The notes: generated by a model from the sequence alone, not told the origin. Shown: positions 1 through 12,831, numbered from the whole stretch's first letter. The stretch: 63,844 nt of DNA, filler included, from Basidiobolus ranarum (GCA_040143965.1; 35 parts of 35 records of this genome joined end to end with filler, not necessarily neighbours in it), one strand, 5' to 3'. Numbers and translations are program-made.

Positions 1-418
1 CTGAGTGAAATCAAAACCAGTTATAACCGGAGTGCCGCTATCGTGACAACATCAAACATCTCATGATAAGCCATTGTCCAGCATTTGAGGTGAGAAGTGG
101 GAGGTAACGCAATCAAGAATACGATCGTAACGGAGTGACCCATTACGTATCTAATACATCAACTAATATACATCTAAGCTTGGTGTAACTAACGCTCAAA
201 CACACTAAATTTGCTACATATCCAACGATTACAGGCGGCATTTGGGGTGCGTTGGTCTTTTATCACCTGTTAGAGGAGCAGTGTAATGAATCCCACGCTG
301 GCATTTACGAGATGTTTTGCTCGGTGTTTCTGTTGAAGATAATGAATAAGTGGATTAAAGGGTGTAAATGCACGGTAGTAACGAAGTTTTTTTATTTTTA
401 ATTGAATTGTCATTCGGA

Positions 419-1109
419 TTAAATCTAAGAAAAAGTATCGATTCGTTAGTGGATGCTGAAACGTAAGGAAGAATATCATCAAGTTCTTTACATCATCAAT
501 CTCAAAGTCGAAGTCAATCTCATCATCTTCAGGACCGAAGGTTTCGGTTTCATTGATTTTAGCTATGAATAGAGTTAGTAAAATGCAGTGTACCGCGTAA
601 AGTAGAATATTAGTATTACCAGATTCAGGAAGTTCACCATAGGATTTCAAGCTTCTAGCCTCATCAGCATTGTACTTGAGGATGACATCTGCCTTGTCAT
701 CTTGGAATTCACGAAGGGAGATTAAGACGATATCACCTTGGTTGATCCAGACCTTCTTTCTCATTTTACCACGAATGTGAGCTAATCTCTTTTCTCCGTC
801 GAAGCATTGAGCTTCTAAACGGCCATTACCGAGCATCTTGACGACTTGTGCGTACTCTTTCAGAATGTGAAGTTTTAGCTTCAGATACCAAATGACGATT
901 TTATAAAACTTCTCCACTCACCTTGACCTTCCTCTTTGAAGACAAGTTCACGCTTATCACCTTCACTCTCATTCTTTCCTCTACGTCTGTTTTTTCCTCC
1001 CTACAATTAACGTGATTCAAAATCCGAGTAAGTATTAACCAATTCTTGACAAAAAAAAAGGCCATTCAAATTGTATTAATTGGCGTACCTTTCCCTTATT
1101 CTTGGGCAT
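419..1109 (-). CDS. eIF1A: Eukaryotic translation initiation factor 1A, 5 exons (1109-1089, 1000-922, 856-620, 562-492, 424-419)
   Basis: Spliced translation [18 protein letters not shown]...[45 protein letters not shown]...FEIDDI*. All four introns are GT..AG. Confidence 0.97.
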
Positions 1110-1628
1110 GGTGAAAGTATTCTACAAAAATGTAGTTAACAAGAAGAAAGTACCCAAATACACAGAAGCACACTACTTGAGTTGAAAATTTTGAGGGTTT
1201 TCCAATTGAATGAATTTTAGATCCCTAAAAATCAACGGTGATTTCGAAAAAATATTGACTTTCCTCCCTCGGCAATGAAAAATAATCACATGATTGGTCA
1301 AATAATGCGCTTAGCAATATCACTGAGATTCTCAGTGTGGACTCATATTGCTGCAGCTACTTCTTGTAAATAATGATTTCACAATGACACCATTGCGGAA
1401 TATGATGTCAGGAATCTGGTTCAATTGATTGTTTAACTGTGCATGATGGTGGATCAGCAGTATAAGTGATCTGAGAATGAAATCGTCAAGTAGCAGAAAA
1501 AAAAGGTGATGAGCTACGTGTGATTGGATATGGGGTACGGACTTTTAGGGGTGGGGGGTAGAATTTAGTTCAGATGATATTACGACAGTGGATTCTTTCT
1601 TTTCAATCCTTTACTTGATTCTGCAAAC

Positions 1629-1734
1629 ATGGTAAGAAAATTCATTCTGTGTCGACGAACCTGTCGGATTGACAATCCTTTTCATCCATCTCTAATCATA
1701 TTGCATAATGTAGGGTAAAGTTCACGGTTCCCTC
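1629..1734 (+). CDS. RPS30: 40S ribosomal protein S30 (eS30), 5' part; exon 1 is the ATG only, intron 1632-1713
   Basis: ATG|GTAAG...TCTAAT...TAG|GGT AAA GTT CAC GGT TCC CTC gives MGKVHGSL, the conserved eS30 N-terminus. Truncated by the contig end. Confidence 0.85.
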
Positions 1735-1834
1735 NNNNNNNNNNNNNNNNNNNNNNNNNNNNNNNNNNNNNNNNNNNNTTAATTAATTAANNNNNNNNNN
1801 NNNNNNNNNNNNNNNNNNNNNNNNNNNNNNNNNN
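1735..1834. other. Artificial contig spacer (44 N + TTAATTAATTAA + 44 N), repeated 34 times through the window
   Basis: The same 100-bp block recurs about every 1.83 kb and has stops in all six frames. Contig lengths never increase along the window. Confidence 0.99.
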
Positions 1835-2182
1835 GTTGGGTATGAGCTAAACCTTGGGTATTAAGAACTCTATAAAAATATTCAGGAGAATATATCAAAG
1901 AGAACAGGGATTTCAAAGGTGACAAATTAGCATTCAAGTGGTAATTGTGCAAAATTTGAGTTATGTTTTTTGCACATGTGTTGATCCATAGCTCTCTGAG
2001 ATTTTAGCCAATCATTTGCAACTATTGTGTGAGATCTTGAAATTTCACTCCTGAAACTGAAAAAATTGATTAAAATCAAATCTAACTTGATAATTTTATG
2101 ACAGTAAGTAAATGGTCAATCCCAAATGGATTAAAATTGTGACAGTTTTCCTACAATAACAATCCTCAAATTTTGGTTAGGG
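1835..2182 (-). mobile_element. Terminal segment (putative left end) of CACTA/CMC-like DNA transposon
   Basis: Matches 41651-41980, 51194-51377, ~34960-35235 and ~35495-35905. Ends in TTAGGG, the reverse complement of the CCCTAAC terminus shared with the transposase 3' end. Confidence 0.7.
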
Positions 2183-2199
2183 GAATGTTAATGCCTTAC

Positions 2200-2700
2200 A
2201 AAGTGAATAGTGGATTGCTAGACTGCTCATCAATTAAGTCCTCTGCTCTATCTGGTTTTTTTCCTTTTGTATCAGCAGGCTTTGGCCTGGAAGCCAATTT
2301 TGATTTCAATTTTGAATGCTTTTTGAATAGCATTAAAATTTTTGGATGGTAAACTTGGTGCAATGAAATTGCTGAGAAACAGCTTATAATAAACCAAAAT
2401 TGCCATCCATTACTGGAAATATCTATAAATCCCCTGATGACTCATCTATGACACCATCCCAGAATCAGCTGATGATATTGATGGGCTATACCTTAAATAC
2501 CACCCTTACATAGGTGGTGTTTTTTTTTCAACAATATCTTTCTCATGCTGCATCACAAACATTTAAGGAAGCCCTGCTATTATTGTCACCAATTCTTTTC
2601 CTATTAAAGCTGGAGGCTTCATGGAAAAAATAATCACAAGAATGGTCACTGTACAAAGCCACCAGCTGCATAAAGCCTGGTGTACTACAACAGTAACATG
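2200..2700 (-). repeat. Unclassified dispersed repeat, possibly the C-terminus of a second CACTA-like transposase
   Basis: Part of it (~2420-2680) recurs at ~26300-26560. CpG-depleted, with stop-ridden frames. Confidence 0.4.
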
Positions 2701-3568
2701 CGCACTAAATTGATTTTAGTTTTGCCCACTGAGTCCACTGATTGTATTTTGCCTCAAAGCTTTGCTAACACTGCCAAAAGTCAAGATACCATGGAGTTAC
2801 AACAATTATATGACCAGAATTAAGTGGGTCAAAGTGCATCTTTGGTCAAACTAGTAAGTCCAGACAACTTTGAGGACTTGCTGCTAGATGTTGACCTTGG
2901 TTATTCCAGTACCAATGGTAGTATATCGGAAGTTGAAGAAGAAGACTATAGTTTTGTTAGGGACTCTGTGTTATTGCACACATTAGTCCACTGGTAACAC
3001 TGACTGTAAAGGAAGCCGCTTTGTAGAGAGTTCAATCCAATCTTAGCAACCAGGTACTTATTGATTTTCTTACACTTTTACCACAGTTGATTGGCAACTG
3101 TTGCTTGCCACAGACCTGGTACAAGTGTAAAACTCTTCTCAAATGTGTGACTTTTATTCCTTCAGTAATTAAACTGCCTTCATGTCCAAATGGTTGTTTG
3201 GCTTTCACTGATGTTCTGAAAAACCTGAAGTCATGTACTGTTGGCACACAATTGGCATTCACTGAATCAGGTAAATATAGTTCATATTTGGCTTACATAC
3301 TGTTGATTCCCCATCTTAAAGTTTTGATGAAATCACTCAAATGTAGATCATTGATCCAAGACCAAAGTACTCACTGTAAAGCTAATGGTATTACCAATAT
3401 ACTTGATGGATATCACTATCAGAATCTGAAAATTCAAGATTTCTTTGGGAACATATCTGATCATGCATTTGCATTGGCTCTGGATGGTTTCTTACTAAAC
3501 AAATATACCATTGGAAAAGCTTGCTGGCCAATAATTTTAATCAACTTAAATCTTCCTCCTTCTGAACA
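2700..3568 (+). mobile_element. CACTA/CMC transposase (Transposase_21-like), decayed N-terminal part
   Basis: FALALDGF...CWPIILINLNLPPSE motif and a CPNGC..CTV Cys cluster. Many copies in the window. Confidence 0.85.
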
Positions 3569-4449
3569 NNNNNNNNNNNNNNNNNNNNNNNNNNNNNNNN
3601 NNNNNNNNNNNNTTAATTAATTAANNNNNNNNNNNNNNNNNNNNNNNNNNNNNNNNNNNNNNNNNNNNTTTTGAGTTACTATTTCTGCTTTTTGTTTTCA
3701 GCAATTGACTTGTTGCAGAGCACAAAGTTAGCCATCTTGGTTAGATGGTATAGTTGTTGTAGGGTGCAAGCAGCAACTTTAACTGAAATGTTTTAAGGGT
3801 TGGGCAAGGTGTCCAAAGGGGCAATGACCATAGTGGATTAACTCTGGGATGTACTTTAATATGGGTCTGTCTCTTGCCTCTTGGATCTTTGTGAAAGAGA
3901 ATCCAGCCTGTTGAAATGTCTAAGGCCTGCTAAATTACAACGCAATATCCAGCTTTCTTTTGAATAATATGATGGCAACTGACAAAAGAATATACTGGCT
4001 TCAATGTCCTTTGAGAATGATCAGAAAAACAATGTATCCAATCAAAAATAACTGTTAACTCAGCTAGCAGGGTCCTGAACAAGGATGCACTAGTAGCAAC
4101 TTATCCAAGGATATGAAAAGTTCCTTGCCTTTGCAGACAAGGATTGTGAAAAAGTATAAAGTATTTGAAATATAACACCTACCTGTCAGGACTTTCCTTT
4201 GAGCCAGTAAAGTCCTTTCTAGTCACACAGTAGCCTGCAACTGTTGCTAGTAGTCTCTCTTGAGTTTCCTCTTCAAAGGTCTTGTAAGCATTGATGAAAA
4301 TAAGGGGTGATTACAAGTAGTATTGTTAGTTGGAAACCAGATTGAAATTTATTTCAGAAGATTTGGCTCCTATTTATTCTTCTCTGAAGGTAGAAATGAT
4401 TAAAAAGTGCATAATATCAATGGTAGTTTTTCCAACTGAGTTCACTAGT

Positions 4450-4975
4450 TGTGCTTTACCTTAAAGTGTTAGGCAACACTGCTAAAAGTCAAAATAATGC
4501 GGAGTTATCACATTTATATGACCAGAATGATGTACATGGAAATGCAACTTTAGTTGGGCCAATATGTCCAGACCACTTCAAGGACATGCTGCAAGATGTT
4601 GAGCTTAGTTATTCCAGTACTAATGGTAGTATATCAGAAGCTGAAGTAGACAAAGGTTTTGTTATAGACTCTTGGTTATTGGCTAGCATTGGTCCACTAA
4701 TAACACTGGCAGTTAAGGAAGCAGCTTTGATTATTGGGGAGTGTAGAGTTCAATTCAATCATGGCAACCAGGTGTTTATTAGTTTTCTTACACTTTTACT
4801 GCAGTTGATTGGCAACTATTGCTTGCCACAGACCTGGTACAAGTGGAAAACACTTGTCAATTGACTGACTTAAAATACTTCTGTAATTGAACTACCTTCA
4901 TGTCCAAATGGTTGTTTGGCTTTCACCTGTGATCTGAAAAACCTGAAGTCATGTACTGTTTGCACATAACTGGAT
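4450..4975 (+). mobile_element. CACTA/CMC transposase fragment
   Basis: Homologous to ~2750-3250 (LIGNYCLPQTWYKWKTLVN). Interrupted by LTR family B. Confidence 0.8.
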
Positions 4976-4977
4976 AT

Positions 4978-5401
4978 TGTTAAAGTATTTGGGAGCCTGT
5001 TGGAAGTGGTTTAGAGTATTAGAGGAATCGGTGGTTTTCACTTGTGGATTTATTGAGCAGAAAGTTGACATTTATAGTTTTGTCAAGATGTAAACAAACT
5101 AACGTTTAGAATATGTTAATAAAGGTCCCAGGAACATGTGTGCAGAGTTTGGGGCTTCTAGCACAAGTTTCAAAAATTTATATATCTGAGAAATTCTAAG
5201 TTGGTAAAAATATTCTAAGTAAATTCCAATTGAGAATAATTGATAATATCTTAGTGAGTTATAAGATAACTAAGTACTAAGCTATATATTACTATATAGG
5301 TGTTTAGGCAATGCTAATTTCAGCACTCTCTCTCAACTAAATAGTCATATAAACTAATCCTAATAAAGGTCTAAATTTCTCAAATTTCTGTCTAGCTAAT
5401 G
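4978..5401 (-). mobile_element. Copia LTR family B (partial)
   Basis: Matches 14852-15181, ~16092-16392, ~22200-22335 and 41461-41640. The same terminus abuts a GGTTATGAGCCC PBS at 14840-14851 and 15202-15213. Confidence 0.8.
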
Positions 5402-5501
5402 NNNNNNNNNNNNNNNNNNNNNNNNNNNNNNNNNNNNNNNNNNNNTTAATTAATTAANNNNNNNNNNNNNNNNNNNNNNNNNNNNNNNNNNNNNNNNNNN
5501 N

Positions 5502-5818
5502 TGTTGGAGGATCTTGACATAATGGGGGTAGACTTTGAGTATTAGAAGCAACTTATGACAGTGTGTTTTAGTTAGTTTATTCTCAAGAGTATATGGTGAC
5601 TTATATAGTAGAAAAGTAAATCAATTGTTTGAGATATTCAGGAGTTTGTGTAATAAGATATAAAAGATAAGTGGGGGTAATAAGATATACTTGTTATATA
5701 GATATAGAGATATTCCTATTTAGAATATAGGGGCTATAGATAAATTGCTTTCTGTTTCTGATATATGTATCATAACTAAAGTTAACTATGATTTTGAATA
5801 AAGATTAATTATCCAACA
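5502..5818 (+). mobile_element. LTR family C (317 bp, TGTTGGA...TCCAACA), inserted in the gag of copia family D
   Basis: Inverted TG..CA termini, AATAAA near the 3' end. Copies at 18013-18223, 48961-49271 and 49372-49631. Confidence 0.85.
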
Positions 5819-6321
5819 GATTGGCATCTTGTACTTCCAGAAATTATAATTTTCTCCATCAAGCTTTTCAACACTTGAGTTAATAAAAGTAGTAGTAGTG
5901 GTTTCTGTCATGCTGTAAAGATTAAAGCATAGGGCTCATAACCTAATGGGAAAATATGGGCTGTTTGGAGGAACTTTAGAAAAGTGGAGTTGTGAATAGC
6001 TTTGTGACATGATTATTTATTGTCCAGAAATAAAGTGTTTATACATTTTGGTGGAAATAGAGAAAAGTAACACTGGGGCTGTGTTCAAAACATCTGTGGG
6101 AGTAAAATAAGCTAACTTTGAGGCAATTTGGATGAGTTTTAAATTTTCAATATAGAATTGCTAATTCTCACATTATTCACATATATATATAATATATGTT
6201 CTGATTTGCAGTTAAGTGATATTTGACTAAGTAATGTTAACTAACTTATATGTGATATATGAAATAGTTAAGTGTATAAAAATAGTGATAACAAATATGA
6301 TAAAGACAATAAACTTCAACA
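5819..6321 (-). mobile_element. Copia family D 5' LTR (5944-6321), PBS (5932-5943) and gag start (ATG at 5911)
   Basis: PBS GGTTATGAGCCC; gag reads MTETTTTTFINSSVE.LDGENYNFWKYKM. Same layout at 19511-20054 and ~36070-36506. Confidence 0.85.
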
Positions 6322-7334
6322 TACACAGTGTCTGGATATGTTTCTAACCATGACCCTATTATTAGTTTATGGTATTTCAGACAAAGGTACAAATACCTAT
6401 GTTCAAACTGATTGACCAACGAGTAAAAACCATACTTTCTTATCACACTCTATTTCACCTCCAATTTCCCTATGAATTCCCAACATTTATCACCTTTCTC
6501 TTTGACACAATAGTTGGTGCAAGCAACAACGATTATATAGATGCCTAAGCTATGTCATTTTAACAGTTGGGAGACCATTAAGGAGTCCTTTACTTTTATT
6601 TTCATGGGCTAATTCATACATCCTAGTAATGATATTACAGAAAGCATCATTAAAGTTTGACCGATATTAGTTAGCTACAATCACATTGGGATAGAGGTAA
6701 ATAAACTTACTCTTTGCGATAGGTGGTCTTCATTTTGCGCACAATAATATATCAATAAACTATACATCAAGTGAAAGTGGTGAATACAAACAAAATGAAA
6801 CTTTCAATACAGTTCAGAAGATAACATATTTGAATTTACCTGAAAAATGCAGTTGAAACGCTTTATTGTCTGATTGAACTTTAAAAATGTGGATTATAGT
6901 TGCTTCTTTGGTAGAATATCAGCAGTTTGAAATAGAAACAAAAGCGACAACATTTTCAATGAATACTTATAGCATTGTTAACTTACAGATAAGTGACGTA
7001 CTGTACGAGGTTTAAGCTTATCTAACTAGGCGATTGTCAATCTACCGCAATTTATATATTAACTGCAAGAGAATGGAATTTCAGCGTTAGCGCATATGTC
7101 TTTTGTAAAATAAATAGACACATTATTAAACCTGCTTTTATAATTAACCTTTAAGGTTTTCCGCTTTATCACTTGAATACATCCTGTTTGAATTGGCTAG
7201 CATGTGCCATTTCTTCGCTGCTGTAAGCTGAACANNNNNNNNNNNNNNNNNNNNNNNNNNNNNNNNNNNNNNNNNNNNTTAATTAATTAANNNNNNNNNN
7301 NNNNNNNNNNNNNNNNNNNNNNNNNNNNNNNNNN

Positions 7335-8240
7335 CATATATTCAGGTATCTCAGAGGAACTGTAGATCTAGTTCTGGAATGGTATGCCACTCCTGATGCA
7401 CATAATTTTGAAGGCTACAGTGATGCAGACTGGGGAAGAAACCTTGATGATATAAGATCAACAACTGGGTACACTTTTCTCCTTGGTAATGGAGCCATAA
7501 CTTGGAATAGTCAGAAGCAACCAACCATAGGACTTTCCACTACAGAAGCAGAGTATATAGCTACCTCAACTGAACACAAGAAGCTATATAGTTAAGGAAT
7601 TTATTTACAGACTTAGGGAACATGCAAAAATGTGCAATTACAGTATTTGAAGGTAAACAAGTTGTATTTCATTAGTTAAAAACCCTACATATCATGCTAG
7701 AACAAAACATATAGATATTAGGCATCATTTTGTTAGAGAAGCAATAGAGAATGATATAATTGAACTTGTCTATTCCCTGCTGAAGAAATGATTGCTGACA
7801 TCTTAAACAAACCTTGAGCCAAAGCACAATGTGACATATTAAAATATAAGTTAGGTTCAAGAGAAATGCATAAGATTTAGTTGAGTGGCAATGTTGAAGT
7901 TAGATAATTAGCAACTCTTTATTCAGTAGTTTGTTTAATCATATTCTGATTGTTTAGTACTCAATTCTGTCATTGAAAAATGTGTGTTTATTGTTCTAAT
8001 TGATAGATATATCAGTCAGATCATTTTACCAATTTTCAATACTTTTCAAAACTTCTCCAAATCACCTCAAATTTTGACCCATGCTTAACAGGCATGTTTG
8101 CTGTGTTCTAAGCATGTCCAATAGTCCTATTTCATGGTAAATATAAATAGGACATATTCAATTCAATAAAACTCAAGTGTCTAATTCATAAGTCTAAAGC
8201 TTGTTCAAAACACTTCCAAATCCCCTATACAGTTTTAGCA
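7335..8240 (+). mobile_element. Copia family E 3' end: RNase H, polypurine tract and 3' LTR (7892-8240)
   Basis: YSDADWGRNLDDIRSTTGYTF..GAITWNSQKQ..STTEAEY. TTGAGTGGCAA precedes TGTTGAAG. LTR copies at 38530-38880, 42081-42260, 43082-43435 and 56730-57081. Confidence 0.9.
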
Positions 8241-8252
8241 ATTACATAGTAA

Positions 8253-9066
8253 ATGAATAGTTGGGCAAAGCTCATCAGAAACATATCAAGACCATTAACA
8301 TCCAAAATGACTACTTTGCCCACTAAAGAACAACTCTCCAGAAAGAATTTGGATATAATTTTTACAACAAGGGAATTGCACGAAGATCACTGTAATGATT
8401 TGTATGCAAAAATAAGTAAAAACTACAAAGTTGCTATACAGGTTATGACAAGCAAAAATGCTGCAATATTGCAACTGATGCAGCTTTAAGAAGCAACTAG
8501 TCAACTATTAGAGAGTCACTCAACAATGATACAAGATCTTCAGAATGCTGTACTTGAGCTACAGTAACATTCTGCTCCCTCCATCCATTCTCATATGGGA
8601 TTTCAATCAATCTGACACCATACATATGAACATCACCGTTACAATCAAACAGAGTAGAATATGTGTTGGACCATTAAGCCTACACAACAACCCAAAATTG
8701 CATGAGCAGAAGAAAGTAGAAATATCATAGGAAAACTGGCAAACCAAAAGACTCTGAATGTCAGAGCTGCCATCACTTGCTCTGATGATGAGTGGTTTAA
8801 CAATTTGGAAATTGTGTGGAATCTTGCCCAAAATTACCTTGATTTGAGTAAATTGTAGAATAACCAAAAACCACATGTTACTCTGAGGGTTCTTGACTTA
8901 TTTCACATGGCTTACCCTAGGTTTTTACAGGCAAGTGGCAATTGGGCTATTATAGGCCTATTCATGAAGCATATCAAAAATGTACACAATTATCGACTTG
9001 GAAAAGAAAGAAAAGCAGCTAAAGAAGTACTGAAGGAGCAGGAAGTTAGTAAACCCAAGGGAAAAG
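8253..9066 (+). repeat. Degenerate repeated ORF of unknown identity, possibly an accessory ORF of a DNA transposon
   Basis: MTTLPTKEQLSRKNL..RELHEDHCNDLYAKISKNY recurs as MATLLTIEQPSIENL..RELQAEHHNDLYAIISKNY at 53076. Contains stops. Confidence 0.45.
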
Positions 9067-9199
9067 NNNNNNNNNNNNNNNNNNNNNNNNNNNNNNNNNN
9101 NNNNNNNNNNTTAATTAATTAANNNNNNNNNNNNNNNNNNNNNNNNNNNNNNNNNNNNNNNNNNNNATAGTTGAGATATTTCCAAGATCCTGCTGTGGC

Positions 9200-10254
9200 T
9201 TAGTTAAAGAACTTAAGTGGATCCTTGAAAAACTCTTTGCTTGCAATTTCAAGCTTTTGGTATGCTTCTGAAGCTCTCCAGGCTGCAATTTCAGGCTGAC
9301 TCTCGACCATTTCCTTGACCTTCCAGATTGGCTCACTTTTTTTGATCAAGTTGATGTATTCTTCACTATCAGGTTGCTGAGAAAAGTGCGCAATGGCGTT
9401 TGCAGTTCTGATATCGGCCAAAGTGATCTAACAAAAGCAGATATGAGCCGAAGAGAATTACTGTTAGACACTATTCGTAAATCAAAAAGATGGAAAGAAA
9501 ATGTGACATCGTTAATATGAGCTTCCTTTTACCTTGTTGCCAACATAGTGTCCATTAGAGCCATTCTCGACCAAGTGTTTCTCATGAGTCTTGATCCAGG
9601 TTGGAAGCATATTCTTCTTGAAGTATTCGAACTGGCCAGCTTGGACAGAAGGATGGGACCAGGTACAAGCAGTGGCGAAACGTTCTTGAAGGTAGTGAGT
9701 GGACATGTAGAATATCTTGATCAATTGTTCGTCATAGTCATTGTCACCCAAGAGGTTGTACTTCTTGGCCAAGAACGAGTCGATGACAACGACTTCAGAG
9801 AGAACCAAATCCTGTTGGAAGAAAGGAGAAATGGGTTATGAAATTTGGAATGGGTTAAATGGTAATAATTCCGACTGAGAGGTGAGTGTCTCTACCTTGC
9901 CGTCCTTGGTTTTAATATAGAGGACAGGGAGGGCCTCGAGAGGAGTGTTAAACTTCTCCTTCTTCCAGTCCTATTCGCAGGTGCAATAGAAAAGACGGGT
10001 GTGAATAAACAATGAAATTGATATATCGAACTGTTTTACTACCAACTGGGAAAAATATTTATAGGGGAATAGAACTATACCTTGGGGTAGATATTTTCAA
10101 AGTTAGCACCACCGTAAGAAAGAATGTCACGACTAGTACTACAGACAGCATTGATGGGGAAATACAACAGTCTGAAGGACTCAGGGTTGGCCAACGACTT
10201 CTCAAGCTCGGTCTTGTCGGCTTTTAGTTGGAAAGAAGTTACATCAAGGACCAT
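9200..10254 (-). CDS. Glutathione S-transferase, 4 exons (10254-10081, 9970-9896, 9811-9533, 9427-9200)
   Basis: Spliced ORF with GST-N features (RLLYF..R.IL.YGG, TP..ALPVL, LSEVVVIDSFLA) and the GST-C N-capping motif (YVGNKITLADI). Three phase-0 GT..AG introns. Confidence 0.9.
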
Positions 10255-11149
10255 GTTGTAAAGTGTGAAGTTATTGAGTCTGGGAAAGAGTGTTAATAGT
10301 TGAGAAATGTATTCAACCATTTATACTTTTCTCCTTCATTAATGGTGGCGCATATCCAGATACTGTTTTCATGGCAAATGCATAAAGCGTATTATCAAGT
10401 AACGAATAATTACATTCGTCACAAATTTCATAGTTAAAATAGGAAAGCAATGTCGGTTTAATGATAGTTGACGATCTCATCTCATTTAATGCCATGGAAT
10501 ACTCAATCTGAGCCGCAGTCTTTATTTACTAGAATGACTGCGGCAATACTAGTATTCAAAGATATTTTTGTTTAGCATAAGCAAAATTCTAATGGCATAT
10601 CTATATTTATTGGATATAACAATTGTGGTTTCGATATGTACTTTTTCATGGTATGTCTATATTTTCCAGATTACTAGGCTGGTTGATTAATTATAACTTT
10701 TATTATTATTATGGCATTACTTTCATTTTCTCTGTATTTTTCGAGATAATTGTTTACTAGGCTAAAGTTGAAGCGTCCCAGACTTGGTATGTAGCTAGCA
10801 AACAACCCACAGTAGCAGTACTTCAAATCATGATAAGAAACCTGATAGCCTCGCCACTCACAATCCTATTCTAAGGCTATCCTCAACAATGTCATTTTNN
10901 NNNNNNNNNNNNNNNNNNNNNNNNNNNNNNNNNNNNNNNNNNTTAATTAATTAANNNNNNNNNNNNNNNNNNNNNNNNNNNNNNNNNNNNNNNNNNNNTC
11001 ATGCCAGAGGGTGATGGATAGTGCCAAATTGTGCCACATAAATTTTAGAATACTTTATCCAATATGATATATACAGCACAATCTGGCACTATCACAGAGA
11101 ACAAGTCCAGTATATCTGCAAGCATGTTTTCAGTATTACAATAAATTAA

Positions 11150-12730
11150 GTTCAATTCTTTGTCTTGAACTTTCTCTTTTATAAAATGATGTCTTATGTC
11201 AACATGTTTCATCATTGAGTGATGCTCAGGATTTTTGGTGATCTGAATACAACTGATATTATCTTGATATATTGGGGTAGGGTTAACTGGATCATGTCCT
11301 AGTTCCTTGAGAAGACTCCTTAGCCATATAGCTTTTGAACAGCCACAGAGCTTGCCATATATTCTGCTTGTGTAGCTGACAATGTGACAGTTTGTTACTT
11401 CTTGCTAATCCAGCTTATTGGCCCACCTGCTAGCTTAAACACATATCCAGTTCTGGACTTATGGTCTTCTGTATTGTTTGACCAGTCTGCATCAGCATAT
11501 CCTTCCAAAATAAGTGACATGTTGTACTGCTTATTAAATTGAATTCCATGATGTATTTTTCCTTTCAGATAGCATGTTTTCTGGTACATATTGATGCATT
11601 TCCAGTGCTGCCTAATGTTTCACTACTTGTATAGCTGCTTGAGTCCAGAATATCATATAATAGTGTGTTTTCCTTGGATTTAGTACTCATAGTGAAGTTT
11701 GAGACAAGATTATTGCTTGTTGTTTTTCTGCCAGGAATATTCATCACAGGGATTAGTAATGATTTGAGCTTTGTCATATATTCATTGGTGGTTGATGTTT
11801 TAGACCTTGTGCCAGATATGAGATTTTCTAAATTTGGATAATGTTGATAGATAGTTTCAGATTCCAAATTTGGCCTAATTCCAGTATCTATTTCCAATGT
11901 ATCATAATCCAAGTTGGTTTCAGTACTTGTTAGCTCAAGATTGGTTTCAGAACTCATTAACTTAGAATTTGAGTTCTTGATAAATTGACTTTCAGCCAAA
12001 AATCAAATTCCCTTGATTACAAGATTTGAGATTTTCTTCAATGAATATAGTATCTCTGGAGTTGATGATTTGATTTGAGCCAGCAATTAGTAGACAATAG
12101 CCTTTGTACTGATATCCTAATAGGATACATTTAATTGCCTTTTTGTCCAATTTTCTATGCTGAGGTTTAGCAATATGAGCATATACTATTGATCCAAAAA
12201 TTCTTAGATAATTCAGATTAGTCTTGTTTCCAGTCCAGATTGCAGTAGGAGTATTAGAGTCATAGTTGTATGTGTTGGACTTCTATTTTGGAGATATGTA
12301 GCTGCTAAAATAGCTTCACCCCAATAGGTCTTAGGCAGATCTGAATCAATCAGCATTGTATGTGCTTTCTCTACTAAAGTCCTATTCATCTTTTCTGCAA
12401 CTCCATTTTGTTCTGCACTCTATGAAACAGAAAGTTGCTGCTGAATTCCCTTTTCTTGACAAAAGCTAGTCATGGCTTCATTGCTAAATTCAGCTCCATT
12501 ATAACTGTGTAGGTATTTGATTTTTCATCCTGTCATGGTTGCAACCATGGCTTTGTATATCTTGAAATATTGAAACACTTCTCCTTTGCTCAATGGAAGG
12601 TATGAAACTGTGAAGTGCGATTTATCATCAATAAAGATGAGTAAATATTGTTGCTTACTTGGTGTTGGAGTTTACTTTGGGCCACATAAGTCTGTAAGAA
12701 TAAGATCCAATAAATCTTTGGCTTTGCTAG
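11150..12730 (-). mobile_element. Copia pol remnant: integrase plus RNase H, with the RT core missing
   Basis: Integrase-like YLLIFIDD and EQNGVAE motifs (~12050-12730); RNase H YADADWS..KSRTGYVFKLAGGPISWISKK. Many stops. Confidence 0.85.
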
Positions 12731-12831
12731 NNNNNNNNNNNNNNNNNNNNNNNNNNNNNNNNNNNNNNNNNNNNTTAATTAATTAANNNNNNNNNNNNNN
12801 NNNNNNNNNNNNNNNNNNNNNNNNNNNNNNG

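Noticed and set aside
270-917. 215-aa ORF as the real eIF1A protein
   Set aside because: It reads through introns. The spliced five-exon model gives the canonical termini.
1371-1480. Possible box C/D snoRNA in the eIF1A-RPS30 interval
   Set aside because: No exact RTGATGA box C, no terminal stem and no recognisable rRNA guide.
1735-1834. Regularly spaced TTAATTAATTAA repeats as a CRISPR-like or biological array
   Set aside because: Always centred between two 44-N runs. This is an artificial six-frame-stop linker between size-sorted contigs.
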